From IMG/VR virus record IMGVR_UViG_3300038465_000158, positions 1-64,000 of that record: 64,000 bases of DNA. The stretch is one strand, 5' to 3'. Source of the DNA: a virus. Each line of letters opens with the position of its first letter. Positions within the stretch are counted from its first letter, which is position 1. The notes beneath the pieces are model-generated. The model ran no database searches. It was not told where the DNA came from and saw only the letters and a program-made list of their open reading frames with translations. Below are positions 27,530 to 37,273 of this stretch, in pieces. A program made the translations under genes and the position numbers.

Positions 27530-29685
27530 TGGAAGCAATTCAACTCCGCTCTGATGTCTGGTTGCCTAATATCATTCGATTCGGATGGACACCTCGAGTT
27601 GTCAAATACTCTGAAGATGAGGAACGGAACTCTCGAGGTGAGTGGTTTCCTGACGACTTTGACCCCGACTCGGAATTGGCTGAGCAACCAGAAGAACTGC
27701 ATGCTCCGAAGAAACTTCTCAAGTATGACGATGACGAAGAACGAGATTATCACGGTCGTTGGACAAGCGGTGGAGACAGCGGTCCGCCGGAATTGCGGCC
27801 AGTTCCACAGTTAGTTGCTGGTGACACATTTGAGCATGCACGACTTGGAGTCGTTACGGTCGTTTCAACCGAGCCGCAACCACGGAATAATCAGTACACT
27901 CGTATCACAGCCACTGATGCGACTGGCAAGCAAGTCAAGTTTGACATCTCTGGCCGCAAGACGGTGGCACTCATCTCTCGTGGATCTGGAATTGCCACTC
28001 CGCCACCAAAGGAAGAAACCGGACCGAGAGTTAGCATTACAAAAGAAGACACGAAAGAACTTCGTGGGCAAATGAAAGAAGCGCAAACTCGAGTTAACGA
28101 AGACTTGAAAGCACGTAATCTTGCGCAGATGCGTGGTGATATATCGCAACGAGAAGCGCAGATGAAGAATCGTGCTGCAGATGCAATGACATCAACTCGG
28201 AAATTCGGTGCGCAGATCAGTTCGACAATTGATAGTCTTGTTGATCGTGAACTCGGTCGTCTTGACATCAAATCATCTGGTGATGAAAAAGCAGATCAAC
28301 TTGAACGTATGCGATTGTCAAATGAATTGCAGAGTACTCGAACAACTCCAGAATTCAGAGATGCACAAGCTAGATTTCTTGTAGATTATCAAAACGGATT
28401 TGCTACCAAAACGACAGCAGCAATTGGTCAAGCGCTTGAGAATATAGGCGTAGGACAACACGCGCAAAGTATTGGTAATGGTGCCGGCAATACGCTATAC
28501 GAAATTAAGCAAAGTGATATCGACGCATTTAAGGCAGGATTGCATGAAAGTGCAAAAACTTCAACTGCATATAATTTTTCTGCTGGCGGCACGTCAACAA
28601 TTCAACTTGGTGGAACTGCAGTAGACGTTACCAATGCACGAATTGTAAACACGGCCGCATCTGGATCAGCAATGGAAGAAGTCACTGGACGATACATGTA
28701 TAATCCCTACATGTCGGAACTTGTGCTTCCTAGCGGCGGGCATGTGTCAATGTACGACTTATATCAAGCAAATAAGCAAGGTTTTAAAGATCTTGGCATT
28801 TCACTTAGTATGAGCGCTAACGCCGGTCTTCGTGCCACAAATGGGTATGATGCTCGAATGGCGTACAACAATTTGCTTCGTGACGGTACTCCGATGCCTG
28901 GCAAGATCAAACTTGGTCTAGTCACAGAAGACACAATTCAACGTGTGAAAGACGCTTACGCGCCGTACTATGCTGTAAAAGAAAAAATCGCTTCAAGTAC
29001 AGCTGGTCAAAGCACCAAAGATCAGATCGCTCAAGTTCGACAGGCAGTGACATTTGCTGTTCTCGGCCAACTTCGTCCGCTTGGAGACATCAACTCGTTC
29101 GGGACAAATGTGCTTTACAGTAGTGCTGGAAGGTGGACGTACGACAAAGTAGGAAACGCAAAGTACGCAAACTTCGGTAAAGAACTAGTTGGACGAGCGG
29201 CTACGATGCTTCCTGTTGACTGGTTGCAAAACATCAAATCACTGAGAGTCAATACAACTTCCAGCACAGGTAGAAGTTACAACAACGGTGGTTACATTGA
29301 ACTCAAAGTTGGGAAACCACTAAGTGATGTTAAAGAGCCGTTTGACTCACGAGTGAGCACGACAGTTCATGAATTGATGCACGCAATTGAAACATCAACT
29401 AGAGATGTTTCTACTCTCGAAGAAGCGTACTGGCGAGATCGTTGCCCAAACGAGTACAAGACCAAATCAGTTGGAAGCGGTCGTGATAAGGGTGACCCTG
29501 ACACTTTCAAATCTGCATATTCTGGCAGATACTACGGCGGTAGAGGCAACTGGGAAATAGGTTCAATGGGCATGGAAGGCCTCTATGCGGATAAGGTTCA
29601 AACGAGAGAAGATCCCGACTACAAATCATTCATGCTCGGAATGGTCGCTCTTGCTGGCGGAAGAGATAGGAAGAAAACGCAATGA
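27529..29685 (+). CDS. Head-module protein with C-terminal HExxH zincin peptidase
   Basis: Duplicated N-terminal KY..DEER...G.W motif; VHELMHAIE...WEIGSMGMEGL. Confidence 0.7.
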   Translation: MEAIQLRSDVWLPNIIRFGWTPRVVKYSEDEERNSRGEWFPDDFDPDSELAEQPEELHAPKKLLKYDDDEERDYHGRWTSGGDSGPPELRPVPQLVAGDTFEHARLGVVTVVSTEPQPRNNQYTRITATDATGKQVKFDISGRKTVALISRGSGIATPPPKEETGPRVSITKEDTKELRGQMKEAQTRVNEDLKARNLAQMRGDISQREAQMKNRAADAMTSTRKFGAQISSTIDSLVDRELGRLDIKSSGDEKADQLERMRLSNELQSTRTTPEFRDAQARFLVDYQNGFATKTTAAIGQALENIGVGQHAQSIGNGAGNTLYEIKQSDIDAFKAGLHESAKTSTAYNFSAGGTSTIQLGGTAVDVTNARIVNTAASGSAMEEVTGRYMYNPYMSELVLPSGGHVSMYDLYQANKQGFKDLGISLSMSANAGLRATNGYDARMAYNNLLRDGTPMPGKIKLGLVTEDTIQRVKDAYAPYYAVKEKIASSTAGQSTKDQIAQVRQAVTFAVLGQLRPLGDINSFGTNVLYSSAGRWTYDKVGNAKYANFGKELVGRAATMLPVDWLQNIKSLRVNTTSSTGRSYNNGGYIELKVGKPLSDVKEPFDSRVSTTVHELMHAIETSTRDVSTLEEAYWRDRCPNEYKTKSVGSGRDKGDPDTFKSAYSGRYYGGRGNWEIGSMGMEGLYADKVQTREDPDYKSFMLGMVALAGGRDRKKTQ

Positions 29686-30092
29686 CCGAACTTCGTTGGT
29701 CCGCAACAGTTTCATTTGAAGACAACAGAACTCCAATTATTGGCGAGTTGGCAACCTTTGGCGAATTCAAATGTAGTGATCCAGAGATCGAAAGTCTCGT
29801 CAACTACGACATCAATTTCAAAATGTCGGTTAGTCCGATCGCGTTACTTCCACCGATTGATTCTCTTGAAGTGTCGTACGACAATCCTGCTTCTATTGCC
29901 GCATCATTTTTCTGGGCAGTTGTGAACACATGTCGTAGTGACACACCAGATTTTGTGTTTCACGGCAAAAACTACTTGCTTCCTGGCATGACGCTAGACG
30001 ATGTCGTGACCGACGGCCGTACTGACACGTTCACGGATGCGAAGTTAGTCGGGTCCAGCCAACCTCCAGTAAGCGAACTCTTCGCTGAGTAG
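29682..30092 (+). CDS. Small acidic protein, possible immunity/partner
   Basis: ATGA-coupled to the peptidase gene. Confidence 0.55.
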   Translation: MTELRWSATVSFEDNRTPIIGELATFGEFKCSDPEIESLVNYDINFKMSVSPIALLPPIDSLEVSYDNPASIAASFFWAVVNTCRSDTPDFVFHGKNYLLPGMTLDDVVTDGRTDTFTDAKLVGSSQPPVSELFAE

Positions 30093-30167
30093 CAAAAAAG
30101 AAATGTTCCATGTAGTAATATGAGTTTCTAAGTACACAATGCTTAAGGTACCCGGACATGGAGATTT

Positions 30168-32411
30168 CTGGCTCATATAGTTGATGTACCGGTCGAAGCC
30201 GGCGCCGAAGAAGTTTACTTCGGTGTGCCCATCACAAAAATGGAAGTCCAGTCCGATGGCACTGTCATCGTTGGTGGACTTTGCACCAGCGACAACCTTG
30301 ACCTCGACGACCAAATCATCGACTTGGACTTCTCGAAAAAGGGTCTCACTCTCTGGCAGAACACTTGGAAGAACGTTCGCCAAATGCACTCGACAGACTT
30401 GCCGCCTGCTGGCAATGGTCTTCTCATCGATGCCACTCGTCCTGACGGTGTCTACCTTGAGGCTCACATCATTGAGCCCGGTGCTGTTCACCTCACCAAG
30501 ACTGGTGTGTACAAAGCTTTCAGTGTCGGCGTTTCACGACCTCGAATCATTCGAGACAAAATCGCAAAGAACGGCCGAGTCATCGACGGCATCTTCTCGG
30601 AAGTCTCAATTGTGGACTTTCCAGCGAATCCAGTTTCTGCGTTCAGTATCATCAAACGCAAGAAGTCTGAGATAAATAAGATAGCAAAGACGTTGACGGC
30701 AATCGGTTCAATTGTGCAGTACCAAACAGACGAGAAGGGGCTTATGGCCAAGAGAATCAGTGGAACCGCTGCAGAAGTTACAAAGGCTGGAGACCCGGAC
30801 TGCAAAACCTGCGGAGGCAGTGGCAAGATCAAGGACGGCAACATGGATTGCCCCGATTGCGTCAACAAAACTGTCGAACCTGAAGCGACTAAGGCCGCTC
30901 CTTGCGCCGACTGTGGCGGAAGCGGTACCATGCCTGACGGTTCAAAGTGCATGAAGTGCGCAGTTGTTGAATCTGATGTCGAAAAGTCTGATGACGGTTC
31001 TGAAGTCGAGAAGAAAAAGGATGACTCTGATGATTCGGACGACGATTCGGATGATTCAGACGACTCTGATGATTCTGACGATTCTGACGATTCTGACGAC
31101 GACAGCGATGACGATTCTGATGATTCAGACGACGACGATGATTCTGATGACGACGTCAAGAAGACCGTTGACGGCGTGGCGTATGCGCTTCGTCGGGCAC
31201 ACGACGTCCTTTGTGACGCCTATTCTCCCACCGTCATTGCTGCGAGTCACCCATCGGTGGAGAAGATGGGTTACAAGGCACTTCTCGAGCCGGCAGTCAT
31301 TCGTACGTTGCTCAGTACGCTGGCCGACTCGAGCGACCCGCATCAGTTGGCTGAACTCGCTGGCGCTGTCGGCGCTGCGCAGATGCTCACCACGGTTGGT
31401 GATTCGGAAATCGCTGACGCGCACGCGACAGTGAACAAAGCATTCTCGGATGAGTATCCGACGGCGCATCCGACTCCCGGCAGCATCACACCTGGACAGT
31501 TCACGCGTTCATATCTCTCCGCAGGTCGAGTTCCTGCGATGCCGTCTGGTTCGCCTCGAATTCCTGCCGCGAACAGCGACATCGATGCTGATGACTTCAC
31601 GAGCGGTCCGATTACGGACGGTCGCGAATCTCCTTCGCCAGAGAATGGCGGAAGTCACCCGTCCTCGACGAAGACTGCGCAACAGCAAATCGCTGCTGCA
31701 ACAGCGGACACAGTCCTCAACGCGACGACTGCTCTTCACGACCACATCGCTTCAGCGTATCCGACGATTTGCTCGCTCGACCAGGGAGCTGGATTTTCTG
31801 GCGGTGGAGTCGAAAGTCTGAACACTGACGGAAGCATTCGCTCGGTTGCCGCGGCCGCAACGCCGGAACTGTCGAAGGCTGAGAAGAAGGAAAAGAAGGC
31901 TGAAAAGCGAGCCAGGAAGATTGAAAAGGCTCGTGCGCTTCTCGCTGAACTCGAGAACGACAAGGATGACGATGATGTCATCGAAGCCACTCCAGACCCT
32001 TCAGTTCTCAAGGCCGTCACGACGACTGAAGGCGAAATTCTTCTCGACACCGATGCTCTCAATGCAATCATTGAAGGAATCGTTGTCAAGCACCTTGGTG
32101 ACAAGTTCCAGGACATCGACAAGGTTGTCGGTGAAGTACAGGCGGACATCAAGAAAATCGGTAGCGAACCGGACCCTGCCAAGGCCCCAATGAGGGGTGG
32201 CGTTGGATTCGAGCGAGCAATTGAAAAGCAAGCCGTGGCCACAGAGGCGGATAGACTCCGCGAGGTCGCGAATGCAGACGTCAAGGACCAAATCGAGTAC
32301 CTCACGGAACTCAAGAAGTCAGGCAATGCAGAACTTCGTCTGCGTGCTGAAAACGAACTGTCCAAGTTGCTCGAACGTGCGGCGCTCGCGCCTGCATCAG
32401 TAAGCGGCTAG
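30168..32411 (+). CDS. HK97-type prohead protease / scaffold fusion (proposed CTG start)
   Basis: LDLDDQIID, RQMH, GVYKAFSVG, EVSIVD.PANP; CxxCGGSG fingers; Asp/Ser tract; coiled-coil C-terminus. Confidence 0.88.
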   Translation: MAHIVDVPVEAGAEEVYFGVPITKMEVQSDGTVIVGGLCTSDNLDLDDQIIDLDFSKKGLTLWQNTWKNVRQMHSTDLPPAGNGLLIDATRPDGVYLEAHIIEPGAVHLTKTGVYKAFSVGVSRPRIIRDKIAKNGRVIDGIFSEVSIVDFPANPVSAFSIIKRKKSEINKIAKTLTAIGSIVQYQTDEKGLMAKRISGTAAEVTKAGDPDCKTCGGSGKIKDGNMDCPDCVNKTVEPEATKAAPCADCGGSGTMPDGSKCMKCAVVESDVEKSDDGSEVEKKKDDSDDSDDDSDDSDDSDDSDDSDDSDDDSDDDSDDSDDDDDSDDDVKKTVDGVAYALRRAHDVLCDAYSPTVIAASHPSVEKMGYKALLEPAVIRTLLSTLADSSDPHQLAELAGAVGAAQMLTTVGDSEIADAHATVNKAFSDEYPTAHPTPGSITPGQFTRSYLSAGRVPAMPSGSPRIPAANSDIDADDFTSGPITDGRESPSPENGGSHPSSTKTAQQQIAAATADTVLNATTALHDHIASAYPTICSLDQGAGFSGGGVESLNTDGSIRSVAAAATPELSKAEKKEKKAEKRARKIEKARALLAELENDKDDDDVIEATPDPSVLKAVTTTEGEILLDTDALNAIIEGIVVKHLGDKFQDIDKVVGEVQADIKKIGSEPDPAKAPMRGGVGFERAIEKQAVATEADRLREVANADVKDQIEYLTELKKSGNAELRLRAENELSKLLERAALAPASVSG
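31020..31155 (+). repeat. Degenerate 9-bp repeat encoding a (DDS)n acidic tract
   Basis: GA(T/C)GA(T/C)TC(N) repeats. Confidence 0.85.
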
Positions 32412-32436
32412 ACCCTACAAGAAACTCAGGAGGTTT

Positions 32437-34251
32437 CTGGAAACAACTATCAACGAGACCATTGAAGATGCAGGTCGGTACTCCGGCGCATCTGACATGA
32501 TTTCGGGCCGTATGCCGGACCTTGTAAAGGGCGCTGGTTTTGCCAAGATTGGTGGCAATGAGCCACTACGTGACGATGGCGAAATCTTCAAGCGTTCTTT
32601 CGAGGCTGAACGTTCGCTGCGCGCTTCTATCAAGAAGTCGTACACGAACCCGGAATCGGTCCGCAAGAGCATCAACCCGGCGTTCACTTCTCAGTTTGGT
32701 CTTTTCCTCACTGAAGGTGCCAACCCCGGCTACAGCGCCCTCGTCGGCGAACTCAACTCCTTGCTGTCTTCCGAACTTGGAAAGAACATCACGTTGTCGA
32801 GTCCGTTGTCGTCCGGCTTTGTTCCGTTCGACCTCGTTGCGCCGTCGCGACTCATCTACCCGGTGTACTCGCCTCTCCGCAACAAGGTTCCGCGTGTCGC
32901 TGGTCAGGGTACTTCGCACCGTGCGAAGCTGGTCACCGGCGTTTCCGGTTCGCAGACTGGTGTTGCGACCCAACGTATCTCGATTTCTGAGATTCCGAAC
33001 GGTCAAAGCATCAACGGCAACTGGCCGCTGAACCTTCCGGCTGCTGGCGCTCAGCAAGCCGTCGACATGAACATTCCTTACAAGTTCTTCGGTCTGAGTG
33101 AGTCGCTGTCTTGGCTCGCGCAGTTTGCCGGTCAGGGCTTCGAGGACATCTCTGCACTCGCCAACTTGGTGTTGCTGCAGGAGTTCATGCTCGGCGAGGA
33201 GTACACCTTGCTGTCGGGTACGAGCGCCGCTTTGACGGCGCCTGCCACACCGACGCTTGCCAAGCGAACTGCAACTTCGGGTGAGGTCGCGCTTTCCGGC
33301 CTCGGTTCGAATGACCTGTTCGTTCTTGTCACCGCTCTCAACTACTTTGGTGAGACCACGGTGACCGGTACGGCTGCGTTGGTCGCCTCTGCCAATGGTG
33401 ACGTCGTTGACGTTACCATTGCTCCAGTCAACGGCGCGTACAACTACAACATCTACATCGGTCAAGCTGCTTCAGTGCAGCCCGCGAACACGGCCTTCTG
33501 GCTGATGGCCGCCGGTGTCGGTGCCACGACGTTTACGCTTCAGGGTGCAGTTCCGACTTCTGGAACCAACCCTCCCGTTGCTGACACGGGCACCTCTTCG
33601 GCCAACGACTACGAGGGCTGGCTCTCGATTGTTGACGGTCACGCAGGTGGTAAGGCTGGTGGCGCAAGCGTTTACCCAACCGGTTTCACTGGTTCGTACA
33701 TCAACAAGTCCGTTGGCGCGACCCTTTCTCACACTGTTCTCTTCAACGCGTTGTCTGCGATGTGGAACGGTAAGGGAACTGGTAACTCGTCGACGACTGG
33801 TGGATTCCGTGCGGACCCAGCGGAATTGGTCGTGGAAGGTTCGGACAGCTCACGTCTGGCTGAGGAAGTCATCGCAGCCGGTGGAGCAACGAACTACCGC
33901 TTGTTCCTGACTCAGAATGACATCGGTAGCATCACGACCGGTGGCGCAGTTTCTGAGATTCAGAACCCCATCACCCGCAGCATCGTCCGCATCGTCGTTC
34001 ACCCCTGGTTGACTCAGGGCACGGCGTTCCTGAACTCCTACACGCTCCCGATGTCTTGGTCGAATGTGACCAACGTCTGGGAGAACGTGATGGTTCAGGA
34101 CTACCTGTCCATCAACTGGCCGGTGATTGACGCGTCGTTCCGTTACAGCATCTACATGTACGGAGCGCTCGTCAACTACGCCCCGCAGTACAACGGCGTT
34201 CTTCAGGGTCTTCAGCAGACTGTTGCTGGTACCACGGGGACGAACTCCTAG
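32437..34251 (+). CDS. Major capsid protein (proposed CTG start)
   Basis: Position after scaffold, strong codon bias, FDL.AP.R.IYP..SPLRN.+PR..G.G, followed by terminator. Confidence 0.85.
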   Translation: METTINETIEDAGRYSGASDMISGRMPDLVKGAGFAKIGGNEPLRDDGEIFKRSFEAERSLRASIKKSYTNPESVRKSINPAFTSQFGLFLTEGANPGYSALVGELNSLLSSELGKNITLSSPLSSGFVPFDLVAPSRLIYPVYSPLRNKVPRVAGQGTSHRAKLVTGVSGSQTGVATQRISISEIPNGQSINGNWPLNLPAAGAQQAVDMNIPYKFFGLSESLSWLAQFAGQGFEDISALANLVLLQEFMLGEEYTLLSGTSAALTAPATPTLAKRTATSGEVALSGLGSNDLFVLVTALNYFGETTVTGTAALVASANGDVVDVTIAPVNGAYNYNIYIGQAASVQPANTAFWLMAAGVGATTFTLQGAVPTSGTNPPVADTGTSSANDYEGWLSIVDGHAGGKAGGASVYPTGFTGSYINKSVGATLSHTVLFNALSAMWNGKGTGNSSTTGGFRADPAELVVEGSDSSRLAEEVIAAGGATNYRLFLTQNDIGSITTGGAVSEIQNPITRSIVRIVVHPWLTQGTAFLNSYTLPMSWSNVTNVWENVMVQDYLSINWPVIDASFRYSIYMYGALVNYAPQYNGVLQGLQQTVAGTTGTNS

Positions 34252-34269
34252 TACCCCCTAGGAAACAAT

Positions 34270-34305
34270 GGAATGGCGCTGACGAAAGTCAGCGCCATTT
34301 CCTTT
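34270..34305 (+). terminator. Intrinsic terminator after capsid gene
   Basis: GAATGGCGCTGAC-GAAA-GTCAGCGCCATTT then CCTTT. Confidence 0.85.
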
Positions 34306-34318
34306 GTATAATTGCACT

Positions 34319-34603
34319 ATGAGTTCCATCACTGTCCCACCGGGTTGCATGGGAGTCGAACTTCCTAACGGCAAAAAGTTGGACGCGACGAGAAGCGGTA
34401 CTGTCGTATTGGACAGTCCTGCAGAGGAACGAGCAGCGATGAAGTCGTCTCTAGCGACGGCAGGAGTCATCACTCGCCAAACGCTTGGCTTCAGCCACAT
34501 TAAAGAAGGGACCGCAATTTGCACCAAATGTCCTTTTACTGGCTGGTCATGGCAAAAGGTCTGCCCTAAATGCGGCGGAAAAATGACAACGGAGACACAA
34601 TGA
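34319..34603 (+). CDS. Zn-ribbon protein, probably leaderless
   Basis: TATAAT at 34307-34312 ends 6 nt before ATG 34319; CTKC...CPKCG. Confidence 0.7.
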   Translation: MSSITVPPGCMGVELPNGKKLDATRSGTVVLDSPAEERAAMKSSLATAGVITRQTLGFSHIKEGTAICTKCPFTGWSWQKVCPKCGGKMTTETQ

Positions 34604-34923
34604 CGGTATACGGACAGAGTGACGTAAACGAAGTGACAGTTGGTGGCGCTGGCCATTCGCATGTCAGGGCGAAGAACGAAGCTCACATGAAGGTCGATTG
34701 CGCGGTTTGTGAACCCAAACTTCGCGAGATGGGTTGGGTCGGTGACCCACGGCAAATTCCTCTCACGTACGATGAAAGACTCGATGCTGAAAACGCGGAA
34801 CGCGAGATGAATCAGTACACGCGAGAAGAAGTTGTAGCACGAGCACGCGAAGCTGCTGCGGCAGTTCGTTCACCAGGACGTCCGGCTAGGGGCAAGGGCG
34901 CGCAAGGTGGGGCAGCCGGGTAA
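34600..34923 (+). CDS. Hypothetical protein
   Basis: GGAG SD, ATGA overlap. Confidence 0.7.
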   Translation: MTVYGQSDVNEVTVGGAGHSHVRAKNEAHMKVDCAVCEPKLREMGWVGDPRQIPLTYDERLDAENAEREMNQYTREEVVARAREAAAAVRSPGRPARGKGAQGGAAG

Positions 34924-35119
34924 GAAGTGCACGGCTTGTTCCAAGCCGGGCAGATTTGTTACAGGATACTGCGGTTCCTGCAACGCTGCATGTTGTGAAA
35001 AGCATTTGAAATGGTCGACTGAAGAAGCAGAGTGGCGTTGTCCACGGTGCTTACGAGATGAGAAGACGCGAAAGAAGCAAGTGAGCACAGGGATAGGTTT
35101 ATCGCCACACCTTACGTAA
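34907..35119 (+). CDS. Small Cys-rich Zn-finger protein
   Basis: CxxC, CxxC, CCxxH, CxxC. Confidence 0.55.
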   Translation: MGQPGKKCTACSKPGRFVTGYCGSCNAACCEKHLKWSTEEAEWRCPRCLRDEKTRKKQVSTGIGLSPHLT

Positions 35120-36015
35120 CTCCAGAGATTCTCATCAATGCTCCAACTGGAATCTCCTGGAGCACAATCCCTGATTTCGATTCGGACCCTGATGCGCAAC
35201 TAGCAGAACAAACAAATATGTGTTGGCGTGCATCGATGTGGATTGACGGTTATTGCAACCAACCGTTGAGGTCGACAATTGATACTGAGGAATTTCTTGC
35301 TCCGAACTATCGAGTGACAATCGACAATAACGGTCTCGTTCGAGTACTTGTCTCGCGGTGGCCAGTCACGCAAATCATCGGAGCGCAGTACACTTCGTCA
35401 CTCTCTGCTGGGCCGACTTGGTCGCCTATTCCTCTCAATGCAATGTACATAGAAGAGGGACTGACAATCTCTGGTGGCATCTCAATCGAGTCCGCGGCTG
35501 GTTCTGCCGCAATTGACATCACTCCTGGTTACATTTCGTGGTTCAATGGGCGTCGCGGCATTCGACTTCAACTCACGTACGTCAACGGTTGGAGTCATGC
35601 TGGTATCGTCAACTCGGTTGACATCGGAGCGACGTCGTTACTTGTCGATGACTGCACTGGCATGACGTCTGCTGACGCTGGTCGAGGCATGTGGATTTAT
35701 GACGGCAACGCAACTGAATTCGTTGCTGTCACCGCAGTGAGTGAAACATCTGGGCCTGGAACTGCGACACTCGCTTCTCCAGGAACTGTCTATCCGCACA
35801 ATGGAAATGCATCTCAGCCAATTGTCATCTCTGCTCTCCCCGCTTCAATTCAGCAGGCAGCAATTCTCCATTGCTCGATGCAAGCACTTGTTCGTGGAGC
35901 TACAGCGACGACCGTTCAGAATCAACCTGGTTCGACGCAAAACACTGGTGACCCTGGTACAGGAATTCTCAAAGACATCAAAGACATTTTGATGCCGTAC
36001 CGTCGAGTCATCTAG
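35101..36015 (+). CDS. Head-tail adaptor/connector (proposed ATC start)
   Basis: PYVTP...APTG..W N-terminus; AS..ID.YC.Q, Y..GW, LPA.I.QA, L.PYRRV. Confidence 0.75.
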   Translation: MATPYVTPEILINAPTGISWSTIPDFDSDPDAQLAEQTNMCWRASMWIDGYCNQPLRSTIDTEEFLAPNYRVTIDNNGLVRVLVSRWPVTQIIGAQYTSSLSAGPTWSPIPLNAMYIEEGLTISGGISIESAAGSAAIDITPGYISWFNGRRGIRLQLTYVNGWSHAGIVNSVDIGATSLLVDDCTGMTSADAGRGMWIYDGNATEFVAVTAVSETSGPGTATLASPGTVYPHNGNASQPIVISALPASIQQAAILHCSMQALVRGATATTVQNQPGSTQNTGDPGTGILKDIKDILMPYRRVI

Positions 36016-36494
36016 TGGGAGTCAATACTGTCCAACTGAAGGCACAAAGTCTTATTGACGGACTTGAAGCACCGTTGAACAAATCGCCGCTAGTAGTCTA
36101 CATCTCTCCGCCGAATCCAGGTGAACTCAAAGGGCCAGCAGCGTACATTTGGGCGACTATCGGTGATAACCAACGGCGGACTGCTTCACGAGGCCCAGGA
36201 TTCCGCAAGACGATATGGACAGTGTCCACATGGTTGATGTCACCAGGAAGCGCGACGAGTAAAGACCGCGACCAAGCATTTGCTTGTCTTATTGATGCTG
36301 TCATCGAAGCATGGGTGACCGCAGAGATGCCAGTGACTGTGATTGATCCGCAGACTGGTAGAAAAATTCAGCAAGTGGCTATCGGTGAGAAGTTCACCGT
36401 CAATCAGTCGCCTGTCCATGCGCTTCAAGACCAACGACTTTTTCTTTACGAATGTCTTCTTGAATTTCAAATCGAAGAATCGTCGACACCATAA
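36015..36494 (+). CDS. Neck / tail-terminator-like protein
   Basis: Position and size. Confidence 0.55.
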   Translation: MGVNTVQLKAQSLIDGLEAPLNKSPLVVYISPPNPGELKGPAAYIWATIGDNQRRTASRGPGFRKTIWTVSTWLMSPGSATSKDRDQAFACLIDAVIEAWVTAEMPVTVIDPQTGRKIQQVAIGEKFTVNQSPVHALQDQRLFLYECLLEFQIEESSTP

Positions 36495-36958
36495 TGGCGA
36501 ATGTCGGCGACACGTTCAATACTCGTGTCGAGGGGGTCGAACGTATACGGTTCGAGTGGCAAGTTACTCAACGACGCGCTGCCGCAAAAATCATTCCGAT
36601 TGCGCTACTCGAACTGAAGCGAGCAGCGCCAGTTAGCAGCACAAAACCTGACGCTGGACGGTTCAAGCACTCAATTGGATTTCGAGTGATGTCCCTTGGT
36701 GGATTGTTCAGTCTCAATTTCGTCTCTACAGCCCCGTACGCAAAGTATGTTCTCGAACCAACAGCAGGAGGCGCGAACATCGAACCGCAGAATACTTTAG
36801 CATTGCGCTGGAAGAATGGAGTCGGCGATTACGTTTTTGCTAGTTCTGTCATTCGCGGCTCGACTCGAGGGAATGATTTCAATAAGCGAGTCGCGGCAAA
36901 ATTGGAACCAGTGATTATGGAAGCTTTCAAAAGTTCAATCACAATCATCACAACCTAA
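36494..36958 (+). CDS. HK97 gp10-like tail completion protein
   Basis: APV....GR...SI, APYA.YV..T..I.P....LRW. Confidence 0.7.
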   Translation: MANVGDTFNTRVEGVERIRFEWQVTQRRAAAKIIPIALLELKRAAPVSSTKPDAGRFKHSIGFRVMSLGGLFSLNFVSTAPYAKYVLEPTAGGANIEPQNTLALRWKNGVGDYVFASSVIRGSTRGNDFNKRVAAKLEPVIMEAFKSSITIITT

Positions 36959-36975
36959 TGAGGTAATATCTACAC

Positions 36976-37260
36976 ATGGCTCAACTTCGCTACATAGGGA
37001 GTGTCGATAAGACACTGATTGATGTTGCGGCACTCACGAACGGAAAAGTCTTTGAAATTGACGATGCAACAGCAGCACGTCTTCTCAATGCTTTTCCAAA
37101 TGAGTACGAAACAGTTGATGGAACCTCGGTCAAAACCAAGGCGCCGCAAAAAGAAGAAGCAACTACGCCGCCTCCTGCCAACACTTCACCAGAGGACAAC
37201 GCTTCAAAGTCAACCAACGAGGATTCTGCGGATGCAACCGTCGAATCTCCAACAACGTAA
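36976..37260 (+). CDS. Small virion-region protein
   Basis: GAGG SD; LRY.G N-terminus, disordered tail. Confidence 0.65.
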   Translation: MAQLRYIGSVDKTLIDVAALTNGKVFEIDDATAARLLNAFPNEYETVDGTSVKTKAPQKEEATTPPPANTSPEDNASKSTNEDSADATVESPTT

Positions 37261-37273
37261 CTAAGAGAGGTTT

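Noticed and set aside
30488-33465. Long minus-strand ORFs opposite the protease and capsid
   Set aside because: Expected from codon bias and low-complexity sequence; no motifs or SDs.
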